Part shown: one piece after another, positions 13,201-22,716 of the stretch
How the letters are laid out: each line of letters starts with the position of its first letter
Position numbering within the stretch: position 1 is the stretch's first letter
DNA from: Adineta vaga
Lineage: Eukaryota; Animalia; Rotifera
DNA length: 64,000 nucleotides
NCBI GenBank assembly: GCA_021613535.1
Contig: CP075493.1
Location: 1 to 64,000 of the forward strand
Reading direction: 5' to 3'
The notes under the pieces: generated by a model
Told to the model about the DNA's origin: nothing
Database searches by the model: none
The model's input: the letters and a program-made list of their open reading frames with translations, nothing else
Translations under genes and position numbers: made by a program

Positions 13201-16200
13201 GGCATTCCATAAGGAATTGATTTCCATTCTTGCGGTATTTCTTTTGGTAAAGTAAAAGCAATTGACCAAATCGATGCTTCGGTTGCACCACCTAGACTAG
13301 TTATTGTTACTTCTTCACCAAATATTGTTTGTATTGATTTTGGTAAAGATAATGGTATCCAATCACCACTTAATAAAACATGCCGTAATTGATTATAATT
13401 AGAAGTATGTTGTAAATGTTCAACTAACATTTGCATCAACATTGGAACACTATTCCAAATGGTAACATGATGTTGAACCATCATATCATACCAATGTTGA
13501 GGATTTCTATAATGTTCATGATCTGGAATAACAATAGTTCCACCAGCGATTAACATTCCAAATATATCATAAACAGATAAATCAAAATTTAGATGAGACA
13601 ATGCAAATATTCGATCATTTGAAGTGAGATTTAACCTAGTATTGATATCAAGAATAGTATTGAGAACAGCTTGATGACTAATCATAACACCTTTTGGTTT
13701 TCCAGTTGAACCAGATGTATAAATCACGTATGCCAAATCAGTCAACTGTTGTTGTCGTATTGGAAAGGGCTTTGGATAGTCGTCAAATGTGAATGTATCA
13801 ACTGGAATAGTTACCAAATGTGGAATTGCGTGATGACAATGAGATTGTGTTAGGATAATTTTTACATTCGTTTCTTCAATTAGTGCACAAAGTCGATCCT
13901 GTGGAGAATCAATATCCAATGGTAAATATGCAGCACCTGCAACCAAGATAGCTAAACAAGCAACAACTTGTTCCCAACCTTTTCTCATGAGAATAGCAAT
14001 GAGTTGGTTTGGTTGTCCTCCTTGTTGCTGTAAATGATAAGCCAATGAATAAACACGATTCATTAGTTGTTTATATGTTAAAGATTCAGTGGATGAAAGA
14101 ATAGCCCAAGCGTCAGGTGTTTGATAAGCTTGGTCTGCGATCAGTGAACGAATTCGGGGAAGCTCGATGTTCAAAGGGTGATTGGTTTGATTGAAAAGCA
14201 GTCGTCGTTCTTGATGATCAATTGGAAGAACAGAGGTAAGAGGCTGCAGCCAAGTATGATCTAATGTTGCTAAGTCGACTATGATGTTAATAAAAACGTT
14301 ATGCATATCGTTTATCAGGCCGGAAGGAAATAGAGCATCTATATAATCCCATTCAATCACTAAGTGGCCCATATCATCTTCATAAACTCGATTGTCTAGG
14401 TACACTTGAGGTGTTTGTGATACAGCATATGTTGGTTCGTCGGGGAAAATAGTTTGAATACCAGAACTAGAAGTTCGTCGGATGCCATCTTTTACATCGA
14501 TTCCACAGGTGAATACTATCGGGAAAAGAATTTGTCGACTAGCGCGTATATGCATGACTTTATTGATAAATGTGACAGTACTATACAACACATGATCAAG
14601 ATCTTCCCAAAGCTGCATTTGAACCGTTCGAATTTGATCGATGATAGCAATTGGCGTTCCAGTTTCAGTGTTGATCTCGAGTAAAATGATTGACGTAAAA
14701 TCACCCAGTATGTTATTAATATGGTGATGAATTGGTAATCGGTTGAAAAACGGCATATTGAGTGTGAAGTGATGGTTTTTACTCCACTTACTCAATACAA
14801 GTGCAAAAATAGTTGCTAAAAAGCCAGCAGAAGATATTTCATACTGTCGTATTTTAAGCTTTAACTTGTGCCACGTTTGGTCATCTAGTGTCCCTGAGAT
14901 ACGGACAAATTGTTGACTTTCTATATCATTTGGCAGACTTTTCAGTGGAAGATCTGGTCCAGAAGGAAACGACGAGAGACGACTTAGCCAATATTCTTCG
15001 TCATTTCTGTATGCAGACGTGTTTTGAATTTCTTTTTCTGCTAGAACATAGTCACGAAATGATAACGTTGGCGTTGGCAAAGTAATACTTTCATTTTCAT
15101 AAAGAAATAGTAGTTCTTGCCACATTATATTGTAGCTAAACCAATCAAAAATGAGGATATCGAAACCAAGATGCAACCTGAAGTCACGGTCAGTCCATTG
15201 CGTGATCTGAATGTCAAATAATGGCCATTTACTAGCAGGTAAAATTTGATGAGATAATAATCGTCGTCGTCTCTCTAGCTCCTCATATATATCCACTACA
15301 GGCTGCTTCCTGATATCAATAATAGGAATTTTATAGTATGGTACGTGTTCGAGAATTTGCTGTTCACTCTCTGACGGAAACACAAGTCTTAATGCTTCAT
15401 GGCGCTGAATCAAACGATTGAATGTTCGTTCAAAACGCTCAATATCAATTGGAGGAGAATCATATTCAACATAGCCGAAACCAGATACATCGCTTAGTTG
15501 GATGAAACCACTGCGCCCGATCAGATACATTTGCTGAATGTCTCGCAACGGAAAAGGTTTATACCGATGCATTTCGTCGGTTGTCACGCTAATCGCTACT
15601 TTGTCTATGTTCGAATGACTTTGTTTTATTCGCTCATTTTTGCACCGGTACACTAGAGAACTTAGCACTGGGTTTCTATAAAATATATGTAACGGTAAAT
15701 TAATCTTTAAGATTTGCTCAATTTGAGATTTTAGACGAATAACGAATAAAGAATTGCCACCAAGTTCGAAAAAATTGTCCGTCAAGCTTATTCGATCTCT
15801 ATCGAATAATACTTGCCAAATGTCCGCAATTGTCTTTTCTAGTTCAGTAGTTGGTGCTATATATGTATCTTCTTTCTGAAGATCGAATGTCGATATTTCT
15901 GGTAAAGATTTCCGATCGATTTTCCCATTTGGACTCAATGGAAATGTTGAAAGAGTCATAAAATATGATGGTATCATATAACTTGGGAGATTTTCTCTTA
16001 AGTATGTCCTGAGTGTGTCAATATAATCTGGTGTCGATTTCACAGTCGAAATAGCTCGTTCATATTTTTGTTCATCACGAATCTTTCCCATGAACATTAT
16101 ATGCAATAACATGTTCCCTTTGTTCGATCCACAATAAGTGAGTATGTTATCTAATGTCTTATTAATTTTCACTGGTAAATTTGTACGAGTACCAATTGGA

Positions 16201-19200
16201 CACATACCAATATTCATTTCTAAACCACCATCCATTAATAAATGCGATGTCATACCAGCTTGTAATCCGTGCTCAGATTGTCCAATATAGAAGATTGCGC
16301 ATTGACAATCATTGAAAATAATTTTAGTATCGTCATGATCACCCAAAAATAGTGGAACATCTTCTTTTATTACATCTAATTCTATATCGAAAGAGATAAG
16401 AGTACTATCTTTTTTGTCATAGATAAACCATTGATCTTTGTTATAGTCAACAGATTTCAGATAAACAATATATTGAAGATAGTCACTATCATTAGCAATG
16501 TCTTGTTGAACAGATGAAATTGTAAAACAATGATGAGTATCGTTCTCATCTAAGTTGATAATATGTCCATCTATCTCTTCATTATGCATAAATCTTGAAA
16601 ATATGAATCCCAATTTAGATGCTTCTTGTTGAAGTAATCCCATCATATATCCTGTTTCAATTATACAAAATTGACAACCTAATGTTTTCCCATATAGAGG
16701 TGCAATGGCTGATGATCGTCCAACAAGATGTAATCTTATACCAAGATTCTCATCATGAACACAATTATCGATTAATTCGAGAGTATGTGTGTCCGGATTA
16801 TGATAATAGATACCAGGAGAAATATCATCTATTGATGTATGAAGCTCAATATATACTTGAACAGGATAAAGACTTCCTGCTGATGCATAGCGATATTTTG
16901 GCAAGGGATGATTGTAAATATTAATTGGTGTCAATATCGATAATAACTGACTAAGATTATCGAAATTGAAGCTTTGCAGAAATCTTTGGTTGACATTTTT
17001 CTTGGTCAGACAACATTTGTTCAACAAATGTTCAATAGTAGACTTTTCAATGATTTCGTTTGTAAACTGTCGATAACTTTTTCTTGCATAATATGTATTA
17101 ATGAATGTTTCTGTTAGTTTTGGTTTCGTGAGTGCATAGCTCTTTTTGACTTCATGGTCGTGTTGTATTCCGTGTCTAGCAAGTTTAAAATTAGTGCGGT
17201 CAATAGGATCAGTAATTAATATATTTGATTGATCAAAATCATCATTAGATATAAAATATTTCTCTGGCATAATATATCCAATCAAGTATTGTGATGACTT
17301 ATCAACAGTAACAATAGCTTGATGAATGTCAGAATGTTGTTGTAGATGGTATTCGATTTCACCAAGTTCAATACGATGACCATGAATTTTGACTTGAAAA
17401 TCTTTTCGTCCGATGAACTCAATGTATCCATCTGGATGAAATCGACCATAATCACCTGTTCGATAAAGACGCTGACCATTCTGTGGATGAATAATAAAAC
17501 TTGATCGTGTTTTCTCTTCGTCGTTCCAGTAACCATCAGCAACACCTATGCCACCAATGTATAGCTCACCATCAACCCATTCAGGACAATCATCAAGATT
17601 TGTATCATAAACATAATATTGTTGATTTCTTAAGGGCATTCCATAAGGAATTGATTTCCATTCTTGCGGTATTTCTTTTGGTAAAGTAAAAGCAATTGAC
17701 CAAATCGATGCTTCGGTTGCACCACCTAGACTAGTTATTGTTACTTCTTCACCAAATATTGTTTGTATTGATTTTGGTAAAGATAATGGTATCCAATCAC
17801 CACTTAATAAAACATGCCGTAATTGATTATAATTAGAAGTATGTTGTAAATGTTCAACTAACATTTGCATCAACATTGGAACACTATTCCAAATGGTAAC
17901 ATGATGTTGAACCATCATATCATACCAATGTTGAGGATTTCTATAATGTTCATGATCTGGAATAACAATAGTTCCACCAGCGATTAACATTCCAAATATA
18001 TCATAAACAGATAAATCAAAATTTAGATGAGACAATGCAAATATTCGATCATTTGAAGTGAGATTTAACCTAGTATTGATATCAAGAATAGTATTGAGAA
18101 CAGCTTGATGACTAATCATAACACCTTTTGGTTTTCCAGTTGAACCAGATGTATAAATCACGTATGCCAAATCAGTCAACTGTTGTTGTCGTATTGGAAA
18201 GGGCTTTGGATAATCGTCAAATGTGAATGTATCAACTGGAATAGTTACCAAATGTGGAATTGCGTGATGACAATGAGATTGTGTTAGGATAATTTTTACG
18301 TTCGTTTCTTCAATTAGTGCACAAAGTCGATCCTGTGGAGAATCAATATCCAATGGTAAATATGCAGCACCTGCAACCAAGATAGCTAAACAAGCAACAA
18401 CTTGTTCCCAACCTTTTCTCATGAGAATAGCAATGAGTTGGTTTGGTTGTCCTCCTTGTTGCTGTAAATGATAAGCCAATGAATAAACACGATTCATCAA
18501 TTGTTCAAAGGTTAAGCTCCCGTGTGGTGAGAGAATGGCCCACGCGTTAGGGGACCGTTCAGCCTGTTCAATAATCATTTTATGAAGTAAATCGCTTGAA
18601 AATTTTGGTTTCCACATAGTTTCGTTAAAAGAATAGCGTCTTTGTGTTTGATCTAGTGGTAGCGAAGTAAAACTTATCTTATGCCATGATTCATCGAATA
18701 GTGCTAATTCATAAAGAAAATCAGTGTATACCTGTAACATATTTTCGATCATTCCTGGTGGAAACAAATCTTCTACATAGTCCCAAATAATGATTAACTC
18801 TCCTTTTTGTTCATAAACTTGATTATCGAGATATACTTGTGGTGTTTGGGATATGCTGTACACAGTAGATATTTGATTGTCAAACATATCATCGCCATTA
18901 GTCGGGCTGTAGTTTTGAATATCAATGCCACATGTAAAAACGATTGGTAAGACAACAGATCTTGTATTAGTATGTCGCATCAAGTCTCGAATATATGATA
19001 CCCCACTATAGGATCGGTGGTCTGAGTCTTCCCATAACTGGTTTTGAACAGTACGAACAAATTGGCTAAAAACTATCGGTTTATTCAAATTTATTTCTAG
19101 TGCGGTAAGTGAAGTGCAGTCTCCTGCTATATAATTAACTTGTGAATGCATAGGCAATCGATTGAAAATCGGCAAGTTCAAAGAGAAGTGTTTATTTTCA

Positions 19201-22200
19201 CTCCATTTAGATAAAATAATTGCATATACTGATGCCAGACAGCCGGCTGATGATAAATGAAGATCAACAACGCGCTGCTTCAACTTTTGCCAAACTAACA
19301 TCTCTACTTTTCGTTTCAAACGAGTAAATCGTTGCTCTTTTAAGTCATTTGGCCAACATCGTAACGGCAACTGTGGACCTAGTGGAAACGAAGCTAGACG
19401 ATTGATCCAATACATTTCATCTTTTTTGTACACCGACATATTCTTTATTTGATTTTCGGCCATAATATAATCTCGATAAGAGAGATTCAGTGGTGTTAAA
19501 TTAGTGTTTGGATTGCTATAAAGTTCACTTAATTCCTTGAATATCAAATGCAAACTCCATAGATCGAGAATGAGAAGATCGAAACCAACATGTAGACGAC
19601 AACGGTCTTCGCCATCAGCGATAAAACGAGTTAGCTGAATATCAAATAGTGGCCATTGATCAGCCGGTCGCACTTGATGTGATAGTTGTTTACGCCGTTC
19701 TAAAAGTTGTTCTTCTGCATATTCGACTTTGCGTAGATCGATAACAGCAAGATTATATGGAGGAACATGTTCGAGAGTCTGTTGCTCCATTTCGGATGGG
19801 AAAATAATTCGTAACGTATCGTGACGTTGAATTAGCATGTTGATTGCTTCTTCAAATCGTTTAACATCAAATGCTGGCGAGCAATCGTATTCTTGATATG
19901 AGAAGCAAGATACTTGACCAAGTTCGACATATGCACTTCGTCCGAATAAATAAGCTTGTTGAATTTCTGTCGTAGAGAAGGGTCGATATCTCGCCGAAGG
20001 ATCGTTTTTAAGCAATCCAGATAATACGAATCGATTATCCCGATATTGCTCCTCTGCTAAATATTTCTTACAATGTGCTACTAACATTGATATTATTGGA
20101 TTTTCGTAGAAGATTTGAATAGGTAAATTTATGTTTAAACTGTCTGTGATTTTTGATTTTATTTGATTGACATATATAGAATGTGCTCCAAGTAAAAAGA
20201 TATTATCATTTAAACCAATGTGTGCTACGTTAAGTGAAGCTCGACAAATTTCCATAATGTGCATTTCTAATTGACTATCAGGTGGTACATAGTCTTTGAT
20301 TTCTGATTTGATCATTGTCAGCGTTTTCCTATCCACTTTTCCATTAGACCCGATCGGAAATTGTTCTAAGACGATGAATGCAGACGGCACCATATACGAT
20401 CGAAGACGTGCATGACAGTGCTCTCTCAATTTTATCTCATCCATATGCAGCATTGACGACTGAATATACGCAACCAAATATTCGAATGAGTTTTGTTCAT
20501 TGGTGATTTTAGTGACGATGCAATTTGAAATTGAATTAGAGTAACTGAGTATTGTTTTTTCGATCTCTCCGGCTTCAATGCGTTGTCCACTCAACTTTAT
20601 TTGGAAATCTGCACGTCCAGCATGTACCAACTGGCCTTGCACATTGTATCGAGCAAGATCACCTGTCTTGAAAAATTCTTCGTTATTTATTGTCACTCGA
20701 CTGTTGCGAGTTAATTCAGCATTATTGTAATAACATTGGAAGAGAGCAGCACCTAGAAATGAATTGAAACTATATTTGATGAGAGAAGGTCACCAACTTT
20801 AAAATGCCTTTTGAGCTGATATTTGGCGCATCAGCAGATACTAGTGTGCCTAGGAAAAGCCTAAAAGCATTACGGCTAATGGCGTTTTCTCTTCGAGTTA
20901 TGGTCAATTTACTGAAAGTTTACCCTATACATTGATATAGGAATGAAAATCGCGTGATCATGGTTTGGCCTGATTTTTTGTTCATAGATAGTACCAAGTG
21001 TAGATATCATACCCTGAAAATTCCAGATCAATCGGACTCTTCATTCACGAGACAAAAAGTTTTTTTATAAAATGAAGGACTTTTTAAATCGTTTGTATAA
21101 TACGAGCACCTTTTTGAAACTTTTTTTTTCGTGAATGAAGAGTCCGATTGATCTGGAATTTTCAGGGGATGATATCTACACGTGGTACTATCTATGAACA
21201 AAAAATCAGGCCAAACCATGATCACGCGATTTTCATTCTATATCAATGTATAGGATAAACTTTCAGTAAATTCACTCCTCAAATGCTTTTCTCCTAACAG
21301 ATAAATTTCGCCAATTTCGTTTAGACTTGACGGTGAAATTATTTGTCCGTCGGCTTCTTTGACTAGGAGACACCGATAATCGGCTAGTGGATAACCGATG
21401 GGCAATGCCTCTGAACTTACAAGTTCATCAGCATTTTGTTTGATTTCACAGCCAATAGCAGTATTGGTTTCACTCATACCAAACGCAATAAAAAGACGAA
21501 TTTGTGATGCGAAAAACTTTACTTTAGCCAGATATCGTGAGTCCGAGGTCTCGCCTGCTGTCCACAAGATGCGTACTTGTCCAAGTGTTTCTTTTGGTTT
21601 GCTGTTACGAGCTTCGAGATAGTTTATAAAGACTTTAAGCAACGATGAGCCGATAAGAAGAACCGTAGCTTGTTTGTCTTTGATAATAGAGGCCAGACGA
21701 TCCATGTTTAAGTTATCACCTGGACGTAGGAGTACTAAAGTGCTGGAGGGAAACACGCTTAGCGACATAAAGATTTCATAGATATGAATAATCCATGATG
21801 AGGCAGTTAATTGAAGAACCTTCTCGCCATGTTCTACCTTCCAATTGATTAGAGTTCGAATACTTTCTGCCAGACTTCGATGTGTGTGCACAATTGCTTT
21901 AGGTACACCTGTTGTGCCCGATGTACAAATGATGAAACTTTGACTCCTACTCTTGATAAAGATCTCTAAATAATGTATGCTTCATTGCGAAAATGCATTC
22001 GTGCAAGAACAAAAATGTTACCTTTCTGATCAATATCTTCTGTCATAAGACTCATCGATAAAATATTGCTAAGATCGATAAGCTGAATTCCTTGACTGTC
22101 GATGCTGACAAACCTCTGACGCGTATTTCCATGTACCAGAACGATTTCGCCTTGAACATTGTCAAGCACCGAACGAATCCGAATGGAAGAATCAGCCAGA

Positions 22201-22451
22201 CTGAGTGGACAATAGACACCACCAGCACACATGATTCCCAATAAGCCGCATACCATCTCTAAGCTGCGATCGATATATTGACAAACAATTTGGCCGATTT
22301 CAATTTGAAGATGATGAGCGACGTAAGTCACACTTGCCAATAGTTCACTGTATGTCAACGTTTGATCCTCGAGCTCGATTGCTATTTGCTGAGGAGAAGT
22401 GTATGCGACGTCGAAGAACATTTCAAGAACGTTTTTTGATGATGAAAACAT
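1..22451 (-). CDS. Giant multi-exon nonribosomal peptide synthetase, A-T-Cy-A(Ox)-T-Cy-A(Ox)-T-C-C-A-T-C..., 3' end outside the window
   Basis: Exons read manually: 22451-22022, 21965-21294 (or -21276), 20752-11006, 10944-9487, 5607-5032, 4966-3879, 3817-3518, 3462-3132, 2337-1333, 1274-<1. All junction phases are consistent (1,1,1,1,1,0,0,1,1). Splicing rebuilds split motifs such as TSGTTGVPKA, LRYID|YAVIEQQM, ERSISM|VIGIMAI, PKA|AQIRH and CSSG|EPF. About 16.9 kb of CDS; no in-frame stop seen. Confidence 0.93.
1333..3817 (-). CDS. NRPS exons 7-9: adenylation domain A4 (Ser-like code) and T domain
   Basis: AYIIFTSGSTGVPKA, FDIHVQE, WNLYGPAE, YRTGDL, GRKDFQVKLHGQRIELGEIE, NGKIDRK, IGGHSL. Introns at 3463-3517 and 2338-3131. 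Region 2337-1862 translated manually, no stop. Confidence 0.9.
3879..5607 (-). CDS. NRPS exons 5-6: second tandem condensation domain (HHALFDF) and start of A4
   Basis: KHPSLHT, FHHALFDF, IIGMFVNAIPLR, MSKFDF. 65-nt intron at 4967-5031. Confidence 0.9.
5683..6595. mobile_element. Tc1/mariner/pogo-type MITE in an NRPS intron
   Basis: TA|CAGTACTTCTCCCTAATAACGACAC...GTGTCGTTATTAGGGAGAAGTACTG|TA, with inverted arms of about 225 bp and repeated TAATAACGAC motifs. Confidence 0.9.
7373..8232. mobile_element. hAT-type MITE/foldback in an NRPS intron
   Basis: 8-bp TSD ACTACAAT (7365-7372 and 8233-8240), termini CAGAGATTGGA...TCCAATCACTG, near-perfect internal inverted repeat at about 7420-8135. Confidence 0.92.
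9320..9441. repeat. GT/CA-rich simple repeat with inverted ends next to an NRPS donor site
   Basis: GGGTGTGGGTG...(GTGAGT)n...CACCCACACCCACCCAC. Confidence 0.6.
9487..10944 (-). CDS. NRPS exon 4: condensation domain (HHSACDW)
   Basis: ASFGQER, KHKILRT, FHHSACDW, YIDYAVHE, NMIGMFVSTLPYR, AKFDF. Bounded by phase-1 introns 10945-11005 and 5608-9486. Confidence 0.9.
11006..20752 (-). CDS. NRPS exon 3 (9747 nt): end of A1, T1, then two Cy-A(Cys)-Ox-T thiazole-forming modules
   Basis: ORF 10908..20696. T motifs GAHS, GGNS, GGNS. Cy motifs IQQAYLFGR/IQQMYLIGR, DLLILDLWS/DILIFDWFS (DxxxxDxxS), FNRLP, GDCTS/GDFTS, PIVFT, SQTPQVYLD. A domains FDLSVYD/TIWNSVP/LLSGDW/SLGGATEASIWS give code DLYNLSLIWK (Cys). 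Ox motif KYRYASAGSLYPVQ is inserted between A8 and A9. Confidence 0.95.
11381..18497. repeat. Near-identical 2683-bp direct repeat (11381-14063 and 15815-18497) covering the A(Cys)-Ox domains
   Basis: Constant 4434-bp offset. Only scattered SNPs apart from one divergent patch at about 12720-12830 versus 17154-17264. Confidence 0.97.
20906..21272. mobile_element. Foldback/MITE in NRPS intron 2
   Basis: Inverted arms of about 155 bp (20906-21060 versus 21118-21272). Confidence 0.85.
21294..22451 (-). CDS. NRPS exons 1-2: starter adenylation domain (N-terminal core), atypical specificity pocket
   Basis: Motifs LTYSEL, AGGVYCPL, FIICTSGTTGVPKAIVHTH, WTAGE, FGMSET, PIGYPL, GEIYLLG. 56-nt GT-AG intron at 21966-22021. 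No upstream C domain. Confidence 0.88.
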
Positions 22452-22522
22452 CGTAAAAGCGAGTTTAAAATCTACAAATATATGCAAATCTAAAGTATTA
22501 CGTTATAACTATATGATAGGAA

Positions 22523-22716
22523 CAGGGACGTAGCTCAGGTGTCAGAGCAGGGGGGCGCAGCTATATTTTTCTGTTCCGATGATTAAAAAAACTGGACTTT
22601 CCAGAGTCAGAGGAGGCCGCAACTCTTTTTTTTTGGATTTTGATGACAAAAAAAACGAAATTTTCAAAAGCAGGGGAGCGCTACGCCCCACGCCCCCCCC
22701 CCTATTTACGCTACTG
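22523..22716. mobile_element. hAT-type MITE about 70 bp upstream of the NRPS ATG
   Basis: 8-bp TSD GATAGGAA (22515-22522 and 22717-22724). Termini CAGGGACGTA...TACGCTACTG. Confidence 0.9.

Noticed and set aside
12185-17689. Duplicated small ORFs (12185/16619, 12848/17282, 13067/17501)
   Set aside because: They are shadow frames of the duplicated A-Ox coding sequence.
1-22487. Treating the NRPS ORF fragments as separate genes or as a pseudogene
   Set aside because: Splicing joins them into one continuous frame. The ORF-track ends are intron read-through, and the 22487 start is TTG rather than ATG.
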